Source of the DNA: the human T2T-CHM13v2.0 reference genome, Homo sapiens
DNA length: 64,000 nt
Strand: one strand, 5' to 3'
Assembly (NCBI RefSeq): GCF_009914755.1
Contig: NC_060940.1
Both the position numbers and the translations under genes were made by a program. A model generated the notes under the pieces. That model ran no database searches. It saw nothing but the letters and a program-made list of their open reading frames with translations, and was not told where the DNA came from. This document shows, one piece after another, positions 17,713-41,940 of the stretch. The stretch's first letter is position 1; each line of letters starts with the position of its first letter.

Positions 17713-18055
17713 AAAGAAGTATAACTTTTAAAGAAGCTATCTCCTGGGTCATCTCAAAAGGATCTCCCCTGATAGATGAAAAGTGATCTAGTTTAGAGCT
17801 ATAAGCCCAAAGTTTTCCTCATGGCAAATGTGAACATGCTCAGAAAGTAAACTGGCAAGACTTGGAACTTGCAACTTGCCTAGAACAACTGGCAAGTTCA
17901 TGTCTATCAGTGGCCCCAAGTGTCTAGTTATTTTCAAATCTAACGAACACATTCATGTGGCATTTTTTTGATGGTCACCAAAAATTAACTAGAGAGAGGA
18001 CTATGGGCCAGGTGTGGTGGCTCATGCCTGTAATCCCAGCACTTTTGGAGGCCTA

Positions 18056-19519
<1,464 letters not shown>

Positions 19520-20210
19520 CTAGCCTGGGCAACAGAGAGAAACTCTGTCTCAAAAGAAAAAAAAAAAACAAAAAACAGCTAAACTGCTGAGGACTCTCCA
19601 ATTTGTGTTTCTTCCAACCACCTACTGGATGTCACCATTAGGATGCGTCACTCTCACTTGGAATTTAAAAGCAGTCAGAATTGGAATTCATTGTTTTGCC
19701 ACTGACCTCCCCAGACCTGCTTCCTCCAACTTCTGTGTTCCCGTCAGTAACATCTCCATTGAACCAGGATGAAAACTGCCCTCTGACTCTCTGTTCTTGT
19801 GGTCCATTCATCAGTTACCAGGTCCTAACAACTGTTTATTCTTCTTGAACTTCAACATTTCCATCACCATCCTCTACCAAAGGTTCTTACCTGTCTCCAG
19901 CATAGCCTCATCAGTTCACCCTCTAGACCACCACCAAATTCGTTATTTTTAAATGTTATTTTTAAAATTCAAGGCCTAGCACGGTGGCTCACACCTATAA
20001 TCCCAGCACTTTGGGAGGCCGAGTGGGCAGAGCACTTGAGGCCAGGAGTTCGAGACCAGCCTGTGCAACATGGTGAAACCCTGTCTCTACTAAAAAATAC
20101 AAAAATTAGCCGGGCATGGCAGCATGCACCTGCAGTCCCAGCTACTCCAGAGGCTGCAGCATGAGAATCACTTGAACTGGGGAGGCGGAGTTTGCAGTGA
20201 GCCCAGATCA

Positions 20211-23310
<3,100 letters not shown>

Positions 23311-23667
23311 TCTGAAGGAGACACATGTGCCCTGGCTCCTGTGTGCTATACCGACCTTCAGGAGGGGACAGCCCAACTATTATGCTTCCATCCTGAAAAG
23401 AAAATGGGCCACAGGCCAACAGTATAAATCAGCAGAAACTCATGTCTCCCAAAATCTAGGATGAGGCCCAAAGAGAAGTCTGAGAAGTCTAAGTTCTTTT
23501 TCTTAGATGACGAAAGGCATTCGTATGTATGGACATGAACTGTTTTTATCCTTGTGATACAAGAAGTAGTAGAAGAGGCAAGAACACATGAATAATTTTT
23601 TTCTTGGCCGGGCACAGTGGCTCATGCCTGTAATCCCAGCACTTTGGGAGGTCGAGGTGGGTGGTCA

Positions 23668-23919
<252 letters not shown>

Positions 23920-24430
23920 TTAAGAAAAATAAAATAAAGTCAGGCATGGTGGCTCATGCCTGTAATCCCAGCACTTTGGGAGGCCAAAGTGGGAGGATTA
24001 CTTGAGGCCAGGAGTTAGAGACCAGCCTGGGCAACACAGTGAGATCCTTATCTCTACAAAAAAAATTTTTTTTAATTAGCCAGGCATGGTGGCACATACG
24101 TGTATTCCTAGCTACTTGAAAGGCTCAGGCAGGAGGACAGCTTGAACCCAGGAGGCCGAGGCTGCAGTGAGCCATGATCATGCCACTGCACTCTAGCCTG
24201 CATGACAGAGCAAGACTCTGTCTCAAACAAAACAAAACAAAACAAAATCCTAAGAATGAATTAGGTTAGTTCAAGGAAAAAGAACAAGGATGGAGAAAAG
24301 TGCTTTAACCAACAACTTGAATGACATGACCCGGTATAAGGAATTCTCTCCAACCTTAGTCAAATTCATTCCAGCAAATGACTGATGAACATCTGAAGAG
24401 TGATTCACAACTATAGTAAAAAATAAAATA

Positions 24431-24576
24431 TGGGGAACGTGACACTAAACCACTCGTAGATGACCTGCTTCTAGGTTGGGGTTTCGTACATAGCAGAGCA
24501 GCTCCCTCACTGCAATCTATTTCAATAGCTCTCTATCTGAGTGCTATTGAAAATCAGCCCTCAACACAAGGGTTTG
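24431..24576 (+). pseudogene. Retroposed 3' terminal fragment of 28S rRNA with A-rich tail
   Basis: Matches the recalled 28S 3' end (tggggaacc…taaaccattcgtagacgacctgcttctgggtcggggtttcgtacgtagcagagcagctccctcgctgcgatctattgaaagtcagccctcgacacaagggtttg) with many CpG-decay changes; A-rich tail to ~24618. Confidence 0.9.
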
Positions 24577-25478
24577 GAGAAAAAAAATAAATAAATAAGA
24601 AAAAAATAAATAAAATAAGCCACACTAGAAACAGGCCCAGTAAGTCATTACTGCAAAGTAAGACAGGCTCTTCCCCTGCTTACAAGAGGTTCTACTGTGC
24701 CTCCTGTCTCAAGGCAAGAGAACAACGGTTTAAAACCTTTATGGCTGGAAATGCCTAGAGACTTGAGGAAAGTAAATGATGGATAGTTGCCACTTGAAAC
24801 AAAGTTCCTCTGTCTCTCCTCACTCCTAGTCAGGGGGTACCTTTAAAATTATCTCTTCCCCTACTTCTTGGTGTATCATGAGAACAAGGGAGACTCACTT
24901 CAGGTAGGTAAATTTTACCTGAAGTAAAGATAAAAACATTCCTGTTCATTCGAACACCACCTGACGAGGGGCCTCCTGCTTTTAGATGGGAAGAAAATGG
25001 CCTTCAGGAATTCCACAGGCTCCCTTGCTGGACAACAGGCGGCATTGTCACATTAGGTCCTATTTAAGTTATAGATAAGAGTGGTAAGAAGAGTTTCAGT
25101 GGAGACCTAAAGATTTCACTGACGTGGATTTCTAAGCTTATCTTTTAAACTTAAACCATTTAACTGGTTATCGTTTTTTCTTTTGTTGTTTGTTTGTTTG
25201 AGACAGTCTTGCTTGCTCTGTTGTCCAAGCTGAAGTGTAGTGGTGCGACCATAGTCACTGTGGCCTCAACCTCCTGGACGTAAGCAATCTTCCTGCCTCG
25301 GTCTCCTTAGTAATTGTGCCACCACACCTGGCTAACTTTTGCATTTTTTGTAGAGTTGGGGTTTCACCGTGTTGGCCAGGCTGGTCTCGAACTCCTAGGC
25401 TCAAACGATCCGCCCACTTCGACCTTCCAAAGTGTGGTGATTACAAGTGTGAGCCACCGCACCCGGCCTAACTGGTTA

Positions 25479-25877
<399 letters not shown>

Positions 25878-26713
25878 TCACTTCAAAGAAAGGCAGGAAA
25901 AAAAAAAAAACATTTGCAGTTATCTGCACTGATTCACAGCTTTAATCTGTCACCCTGCGGATGTGATCCCCTCTCCATTTATCCTGCCCTAAAAACATGT
26001 AATGTGCAACCACTTGGCACACCATCACTCTTCTGAATAGATGTTGGGGCAAGAGCGGGCAGACATGTATGTTTAAGCTTCATGTCCTAACATCACTGCT
26101 TAAAAGACACAGAGCACTGGACTTGAAGGAATTAAGGTCAGTTCAGGAAGCTGTCAAGTTTTTTGGCAATCTAACTTCAGCAAACCTAGAAAACATAAAA
26201 TTCCAAGCCAGGTGGAGTGGCACGCGCCTGTAGTCCCAACTCCTCACAAGGCTGAGACGGGAGGATCACTTGAGCCCAGGAGTTCAAGGCTGTAGTGCAC
26301 CATGATCGGATCTGTGAATAGTCACCGCACTCCAGGCTGGGCAAAATAGTGAAACCCTATCTCTAAAGAAAAAAAGAGAAATTCTTACTGCCTTCTGAGG
26401 GTGTAATAAAGCTTAAGACATAAATCTCCCTTAAAAGACAAAAATGAGAATAAATTAAAACAACGTTTCAAGTCTATAATGAATCCAGCTGTAAACAGAA
26501 AAGAGAATGAAAACGGATAACTTTTTCCAACTGGCAATTAAACAAATCCATATGCTAGACCAAGAGCACCCCCTACTGGCTAACTAAGAGAAAAACAGCC
26601 AGAGGGCAAGGAGACAAATGTTCTTACCTTCTGAATTATGAACCTGCGATTCTGTGACCCAGAGTTATGAGCATTCCACAACTGCACAACTGTCATCGCG
26701 CACAGCTTCTTAC

Positions 26714-26796
26714 CTTGTGACACTTGTAGTAGTAGGCCAGGAGCTGGGGCATCCGGTCAATTTCAGTAAACACCTTCACAAACACTTTGGACTGAT
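26714..26796 (-). CDS. COG7: COG7 exon 5 ([28 protein letters not shown], 83 nt)
   Basis: Acceptor gttctttag; donor AAG|GTAAGA; phase 1 to 0. Confidence 0.95.
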
Positions 26797-27122
26797 CTAA
26801 AGAACATACAATGTATATATACTGTTACCAGCCTTTCTGGTGTAGACATGAGAAAAAACTCACCAGGATGAAGGTGGATATATGGAAGCTAGTATTCACA
26901 AGTTCCTGCCTAGATACTGAATTAACTCATGCATGAGGATCATAAATTTGAAAAATAAGCATGACGTGAAAACCAGATACTGCAAGGTATTCCCCACTGT
27001 TCCTCACAGAATTCATATTTTAACATGATACTGAGAGGTTATTTATGTCTTTCAAAATTCCTACTTCGATTATACCAGATGGGAACTTTAAAAAAGCAAA
27101 CACACTGAACTGCTATATGTCA

Positions 27123-27617
<495 letters not shown>

Positions 27618-27675
27618 TCACCGCTGGACAGACAGGAAGGTGGGTTTCAGTGCAGTCTCTGAATAGTGTGCACAG

Positions 27676-27714
27676 CAGCGCCACCTCTGGCTCCTGTCCG
27701 CCCCCTTCTGGCCA
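27676..27714 (-). promoter_or_regulatory. Tandem CTCF-like motifs in COG7 intron 4
   Basis: Minus strand TGGCCAGAAGGGGGCGG (27698-27714) and GCCAGAGGTGGCGCTG (27676-27691). Confidence 0.6.
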
Positions 27715-28525
27715 AAATGTACATGCCACAGCCTTAGAACTATATCAAAAGAAGGGAAAAAAAAGCCTTGAGCTAACAGGTCTCCAAACTTCTTATATTT
27801 GCTCTGTTCCCCTTCACTTCTGGGAAGCCCAATAAACTGCTGAGAAGGAAATGTTGTAACAGCAACCGCTGTGGGACACCCAGCTAAGCGCTGGAGACCT
27901 GCCAGTGGAACTTGACTTAATGGGCAGAAATCCATGAGTTAGAAAACGAATATTTGCCTTTAAAATGCTTATTATTTTCATAAGAACACTTAAATAAGTG
28001 AATCTTCCTGTTACATTTAAAATTATTCCATAGGCCAGGTGTGGTGGCTCACACCTGTAATCCCAGCATTTTGGGAGGCTGAGGTGGGAGGACTGTTTGA
28101 GCCCAGGAGTTCAAAAATGTCCTAGGCAACACAGGACCCCTCTACAAAAAATAGAAAAAATTAGCTGGGCATGATGTGCACCTGTAAACCCCAGGAGGCT
28201 GAGCTGGGAGTATCACTTGAGCCTGGGAGGACAAGGCTGCAGTGAACTGTGATCACATCACTGCACTTCAGCCTGAGTGACAGAGCAAGATTCTAGCTCA
28301 AAAAACAAAATTCTATAAATTGGGTTTGACCAGTGAGAAGCAAAAAAATTAATTAAAATAATTCTATAAAAAGTTGCTTCAGTGTATCAGCTGAATTCAT
28401 TGGTTATATAAAATGAACTGGGCATGTATACTTGGCTATACTCACATTGTCATTTTAGGAGATGGAAAAGGGGAACATGTTGGGGATGAACAAATTTATC
28501 AGAGAATTCCCTTTAAAAACTGTTA

Positions 28526-28663
<138 letters not shown>

Positions 28664-29849
28664 TTAACCAGGCGTGGTGGTGCATGCCTGTAATCCCAGC
28701 TACTCCAGAAGCTGAGGCGCTTGAACCCAAGAGCTGGAGGTTGCTGTGAGCCGAGATCACACCACTGCAGTCCAGCCTGGGCAACAGAGTGTAGACTCTG
28801 TCTCAAAAAAAATAAAAAGTAAAAACTGTTAGATAAAGAACTACCTCAGCCTTCCAGGAAACATGGCTGATTATAAACAGCACATTACCTGTGGGGCGGG
28901 GGAACCCTTCCTGATGCTTGCCAAAATTAAGATTAATCACCAAAAGAAAACATTGTTTTATCTGCGTTGAAGCCAGGAAAATATCTGTACTACATATTTC
29001 AGAGAATCCCAACTAGATATCTAATCACTTTGGGCCACAATGGGTGGGGAAGCTGGTAAAAGTCTGGGCGCTAAGGGTGGTGCAGAACAGTACAAAGGGC
29101 CAAAGACTGGGGGCCAAGGGGGCTTGGGCCAGGCATGGGAGGGAGGGCTGTTTCCACTGCGGCCCAGCAGAGGAGGCAGCCTATGGAGCTCAAAAGCGCC
29201 ATTTTCGCCTTCTGAATCCATGTCCTGCCTAGAGTCAAGCCTGATTCAAATTTGTGCACAAAAGCTGTCAAAAACTGCTTATCTCCAAAACCAAACCCAT
29301 GATGCTGAACCACCAGGCATCACTCAAATCCAACACCAGCTCCCAGAAGCCAGCTCACTCAGAAGGAAACAAACAAAAAAGCTTAAATGCATGGAGCCAC
29401 CACCTCTCCATCCCCACTCCCACTCCCCCAACCCCACAGAACTGGATGTAACCCCAACCAGAAAAGTGAGCTCTGTAGTAGCCACAAATTCACAAGAGAA
29501 TGTGAGGAACAAAGCTCCTAGATGGTAACTTTCCAACCCCCCAGCTCCAGCCTTAGAATTCTGTGAATGAAGAAAAGACTCAAAATAAAGAATTAACAAA
29601 TGAGGAAGAGAGGGAATTACAGGGCTGGAGATGAGTACTGAGGCCATTCTCTCTAGCTAACTGAAGAGCACAGCGGAGAATATAAACTTTCAATCAAGGG
29701 CTAAAGGAAAGCGCTCTTAAACAAGGAGGGGCTTCCAAGGAAATTCCACTATTTTTCAGTGAATACCAGGCCCAGAACAAAAGCACTATCACACACAAAC
29801 ATGAATCAGCAGAAACAAAGAAAACTCCACCACGGTACCTATGCACTCA

Positions 29850-31965
<2,116 letters not shown>

Positions 31966-32848
31966 TTCTAAAAAAGAACACTTCCAAAGATTTTCCCTAA
32001 GAAAGAGAAGAAAATTTTAGGCAATAATTGCTTCACACTCTCAAAGAAATTACATGTCCTTTCTTTAACAGGACCTAAGGCTTCAGGAGGCTGAGGTGTG
32101 AGGATCACTTTAGGCCAGGAGTTCAAGACCAACCTGAGCAATATAGCAAGACCCCATCTATACAAAAAAAAAAAAAAAAAAATAGGCTGGGCACGGTGGC
32201 TCACGCCTGTAATACCTGCACTTTGGGAGGCCAAGGCAGGCAGATCACCTGAGGTCAGGAGTTCAAGACCAGCCTGGCCAACATGGCAAAACCCCATCTC
32301 CACTAAAAATACAAAAAATTAGCCAGGTGTGGTAGCGCATGTCTGTAATCCCAGCTAGTTGGGAGGTAAGGCAGGAGAATCGCTTGAACCCAGGAGGCAG
32401 ACATCATGCCACTGCACTCCACCCTGGGTGACAGAATGAGACTCCATCTCAAAAAAAAAAAAAAGAATCTAAGGTATTACAATGAGATACAAAGGGAGGT
32501 TGGCAGAGCTAAGGAAAAAAATTAGGAAGTAAATCATGACATAACAAAAATTAAAAATTAATTAGAAGAACAAAGAAAACAAAACCTATTTTTTTTTTTT
32601 TGAGACAAGGTCTCACTCTGTCACTCCTGGGCTCAAGCGATCCTTCTGCCCCAACCTCCTGAGCAGCTGAGACTACAAGCGTGCGCTACCATGCCTAGCT
32701 AATTTTTTATTTTTTGTAGAGACGGGGTCTTGCTGTGATACCTCGGCTTGTCTCAAACACCTGGGCTCAGGCGATCCTCCCACCTTGACCTCCCAAAGTG
32801 CTGGGATTACAGGCATGAGCCACTGCACCCGGCCGAGAACAGATACTT

Positions 32849-32941
32849 TATTTTTTTAAATAAGTAGAGAGTTTATTTGGGTGAAGTTTGAGGACTGCAA
32901 ACCAGAGTCATGGATTCACGCTGCCCTGCATATATGCTCCG
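32849..32941 (-). mobile_element. 93-bp polyadenylated retro-insert (LTR R-region-like) with 12-bp TSD
   Basis: TSD gaacagatactt at 32837-32848 and 32942-32953; minus-strand AATAAA about 15 nt before the A tail. Confidence 0.75.
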
Positions 32942-33304
32942 GAACAGATACTTCAGAAAACCCCATCAGTCAAATGAAAAACAAGCTTTAGAAAAACCAC
33001 ACATGGCAGGAGGGGACTGAGAGGGAGCAGGCAAACATCCAAAAGAGACCAGAGAAAATATGATATATATGGAGAGGGAAAAAGGAGAGCTAATGAACAG
33101 ATAGTTGATGTTCTCAAAGACAGAAAAGAGAACAAATAAAACAGAAAAAAAAAATTTTTAAGGAAGGTGATTTTCTATAAATGAAGATATGAATTGGTAG
33201 GTGAAAAGGGCTGACGCTGGGTCCTGGAAAAGTTAAAAATTTTCAAAACTGAAAAAGAACCTAGAGAAGTTACTAAACTACAAGGTAAAAGAATCTTATA
33301 AGCC

Positions 33305-33815
<511 letters not shown>

Positions 33816-33910
33816 AACTATTCAGGGAAAAGAAACAAGCTACATACAAAAAAAAAATAATAGGAAGAAGCAGCAGGCCAATCTCATACTTATCAGAATA
33901 TAGAGGGAAA

Positions 33911-33999
33911 TGCATTCGCACTAGAAGACAGAATTCACAGAAGTAGCATTTCACCTTTTGCCTTTACAGAAGTATATTTGGCTGTTTTGTGAGACATTC
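33911..33999 (+). pseudogene. SNORA75: 5'-truncated retrocopy of H/ACA snoRNA SNORA75 (U23)
   Basis: Close to the recalled SNORA75 3' half (…attcgcac…gaattcacagaa…ctttacaga.gtatattt.gctgt.ttgtgagacattc); H box ACAGAA at 33928-33933; ACA 3 nt from the end; short A-rich tail; degenerate TSD aatataga.gg. Confidence 0.8.
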
Positions 34000-34251
34000 T
34001 GCGGGAAAAGAAAAATAAATATAGATGGCAGAAGACAATGAAGAATTCTGAAGGAGAAAGTGTGTGACCCAAGAATTCCAAAAGCAGTTATTGCTTTCTA
34101 CACATAAAAGCAATAGAAAGACACTCCTGGCCGGGCGCGGTGGCTCATGTCTGTTAATCCCAGCACTTTGGGAGGCCGAGGCGAGGGGATCACCTGAGGT
34201 CAGGAGTTTGAGACCAGCCCGGCCAACATGGTGAAAGCCCGTTTCTATTCA

Positions 34252-34431
<180 letters not shown>

Positions 34432-34546
34432 TTACAGAGTTCCTTCTAATCTATGTAATTCAATCACCATTAAGACATTCTAAAAACTGAAGACTTACAA
34501 GGCCTTATCTTTATAGAGAGATATACACAGAGATGAGAAGCAGCTA

Positions 34547-34723
<177 letters not shown>

Positions 34724-34815
34724 CTAGAAAAGACCAGAATAGAGAATATTTATTTTAAATGATCCCTACTGCCTCAATTGGGAATAGATAAAATACATGA
34801 AAAGGCAACTCATCA

Positions 34816-35155
<340 letters not shown>

Positions 35156-36767
35156 TTAAAACAATAAAGTGTCATTTTCCTCCTAACAAATTGGAAAAGT
35201 GTTTGAAAAATTATAATAGCTATTGTTGGTGAGGGTACAAAGAAAAAAGACAATCTGGTATCATAAATTTAAATTTATACTGTCTTTCTGGAAGGCAATT
35301 TAGCAATATGTGCTAAGAGTTTTAAAAATATTCACATCCAGGCTGGGCACAATGGCTTATACCTATAAATCTCAGCATTTTCAGAGGCTGAGGCAGGAGG
35401 ATTGCATGAGGCCAGGAGTTCAAGACCAGCCTGACCAATATAGCAAGACCTTGTCTTTACAAAACATTTTAAGAAATTGGTCAGGCAGCCGGGAAGGGTG
35501 GCTCACGCCCCTGTAATCCCAGCACTTTGGGAGGCCAAGGCTGAAGGATCACCTGAGGTCAGGAGTTTGCAACCAGCCTGGCCAACATGGTGAAACCATC
35601 TCTACTAAAAATACAAAAATTAGCCAGGCATGGTGGCGTCCACCTGTAATCCCAGCTACTCGGGAGGCTGAGGCAGGAGAATCGCTTGAACCCAGGAGGC
35701 AGAGGTTTGCAGTGAGCCGAGATCATGCCACTGGACTCCGGCCTGGGCAACAGAGCAAGACTCTGTCTCAATAAATAAATAAATAAAAGATAGATTGTTG
35801 AGTGAAAAAATAAAGTGAAAAGCAGTGTTCACAATGAGCTTTGTGAGGAAAAAAAGGGGCAGGGAACATAAATATGTATGTGCATATCTGGAAGGATGGG
35901 CATAAAGTTGATAACAGGGCTTGTCCGCACAAGAAAAATTAGCCCCCGGCCGGGCATGGTGACTCACGCCTGTAATCCCTGCACTTTGGGAGGCCGAGGA
36001 GGGCAGATCACCTGAGGTCAGTAGTTCAAGACCAGCCTGGCCAACATGGTGAAATCCCATCTCTACTAAAAATACAAAAATTAGCCGGGTATGGTAGTGC
36101 GCGCCTATAATCCCAGGTACTCGGGAGGCTGAGACAGGATAATCACTTGAACCCAGGAAGTGGAGGTATCATGCCACTGTACTCCAGCCTGGGCTTCAGA
36201 ATGAGACTCCGTTTCAAAAGAAAAAAAAAAAAAGAAAAATTAGAGGACTAAGGTGGGGGTCAGGGTTAGGAAAAAAACTTATTTTTTGCAGTTTATTCCT
36301 GTGTAATAAATTTGTTCCCATGTGCATTTGTAACTTTTTAAAAAAACTGACTGATAAATCATTCATTTTGCTTTACAATTGAGTAAGAGTTCTTCATAAG
36401 ACATCATCTTACTTCATCCTTACATCCCAGGTGGAAAATGTTACTATTTTCCACACTTTGCAGCCTCAGAAGGGGTCAATAACCCACCAAGTCCCCAAGG
36501 TATATAAGGCTCCCCTTTCCCCATGTTCCACCCTCTCGTCCATTTACCCCCAACCTTCTCTGCCTGTGCTGGTTTTTCTTTTCTTCTTCTTTTTTTTTTT
36601 TTTTTTGAGACAGGGTCTTGCTCTGTCCCTCAGCATAGTGGTATGATCATAGTTTACTGTAGCCTTCAACTCCTGGGCTCAAGAGATCCTCCCACCTCAG
36701 CCTCCTGAGTAGCTGGAACTACAAATGTGCAGCACCACACCTGGCTAATTTTTTAATTTTTTTGTAG

Positions 36768-36923
<156 letters not shown>

Positions 36924-36939
36924 TGACTAAGAGGCTTCA

Positions 36940-38289
<1,350 letters not shown>

Positions 38290-38482
38290 TCAACCTGTCC
38301 CAACACCAACTTGCCACCACCAGTGAAATCATAACTCCACTTGCAAGGAGGCATGCCCCAGGAGCTTTGCATACATCATATTACTTAATGTCCACGGCGG
38401 TCATTAGCAGCCACCTCCTACTGATAAGAAAACTCAGAGAGGTTAAAGTAACTTGCCCAAGATCTTACAGAGCTAAAAGTAA

Positions 38483-38657
<175 letters not shown>

Positions 38658-38695
38658 TAGCTGGTTTTATAGGCGCCCGCCACCCGCCTGGCTAA

Positions 38696-38989
<294 letters not shown>

Positions 38990-39760
38990 TGAATAATTTT
39001 TATATATTTTGCAGAGACAGTTTCACCATGTTGCCCAGGCTGGTCTCAAACTCCTGGGCTCAAGGGACCTGCCTGGCTAGGCCTCCCAAAATGCTGGGAT
39101 TACAAGTGTGATCCACAATGCCAAGCCTAAAAATATCTTAAATATACCCATTACTCATCATCTTCACTGCCATCACCCCAGTTGAAGCCACTATCATCTC
39201 TTTTCTGGACCTCAGCAATAGCCTCCTGAACCATGTTACTCTGCTGCTTAAAAATCTTACAATGCCTTATTTTTAAATTAAATTCACACTCTATTTATTT
39301 ATTTATTGAGACAGAGTCTCCCTCTGTCACCCAGACTGGAGTGCAGTGGCACAATCTCAGCTCACTGGAACCTCTGCCTCCTAGGTTCAAGTGATCTCCT
39401 GCCTCAGCCTCCCAAGTAGCTGGGATTACAGTTGTGCACCACCATGCCCGGCTAATTTTTATATTTTTAGTAGAGACGGGGTTTTGCTGTGTAGGTCAGG
39501 CTAGTCTCAAACTCCTGGTCTCAGGTGATCCACCCACCTCAGCCTCCCAAAGTGCTGGGATTACAGGCATAAGCCACCGCACCTGGCCTTAAAATCAAAC
39601 TCTTTAATGTGACACTGAAATCCCTGCATAGCACTCTAACCTGGGTGACAGAGCAAGACCCTGTTTCTTAAAAATAAAGAAATAAAATAAAATCCCTGGC
39701 CAGGCGTGGTGGCTCATGCCTGTAATCCCAGCACTTTGGGAGGCTGAGGCAGGCAGATCA

Positions 39761-40081
<321 letters not shown>

Positions 40082-40789
40082 TTAGAACCTAGAAAAGAGT
40101 TTGTGCCCAATAAATATTTGTTGACTGACTAAATGGAGAAATTGGTCCTCCAATTTGGGGTCCTCAACATGTGCTTGAACGGCTACAATCACCCTTCCTC
40201 ATCGCAGACTTGGGCCCTTGTCTCATCTTGCATAAAAATAAATGAAGCTTTAAACCTATGAAGGCTACCTACTGCCTAAGGGATAAAAGCCAAACTCCCA
40301 AGGCTGGCCAGAAAGGTCTTTCGCAGGCTGATCCCGATCTATTTATCTGCCTCATCTTCAGTTACATTTCCCCTACAAAAGTGTGATTCTCTAATAATAA
40401 CACTACTAATTATCTTGTCTCACTCTGTCCCCCACATTGGAGTGCTGTGGTGCAATCCTAGCTCACTGCTGCCTCGAACTTCTAGGCTCAAGCAATCCTT
40501 CCGAGTAGCTGGACTACAAGCATGAACCACCATGCTGGCTAGTTTTTTAATTTTTTGTAGAGATAGGGTCTTGCTATGTTGTCTAGGCTGGTCTGGAACT
40601 GCTGGTCTGGAACTCCTGGCCTCGAGCAATCCTCCCACTTCAGCTTCCCAAAGCACTGAGATCACACCCAGACTGTTTATTGATATTATTCATGCAGCTC
40701 TGTTTGAACTTCTCACCTTTCCCTGGACTACGCCTTCTTATAGCCACACTCCTGTGCATATGTTACTCTCTCTCTCTCTTTAATACCAA

Positions 40790-40990
40790 GGAAGTAGTGA
40801 AATATAATGGTTAAGGGCCTGGGCTCTGGAGCCAACTGTCTGGGTTCAGTCCAGGCTCTCCATTCATTAGGAACATGATGCCGAGCAAGTTACTTAACTT
40901 CTCTCAACCTCAGTTTCTACAAGTCTACAGTGGACATAATAACTGTGCCTACCTCTAAGGATAACTGTCAGGTTTAAATTAGATAACCAT
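40790..40990 (+). mobile_element. MIR element
   Basis: MIR core: gcaagttacttaacttctct…cctcagtttc. Confidence 0.8.
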
Positions 40991-41002
40991 GCCCAAAAGC
41001 AG

Positions 41003-41940
<938 letters not shown>

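Noticed and set aside
29040-29528. 162-aa plus-strand ORF in non-Alu sequence
   Set aside because: No recognisable domain, antisense in a COG7 intron, length compatible with chance; possibly a degraded old repeat
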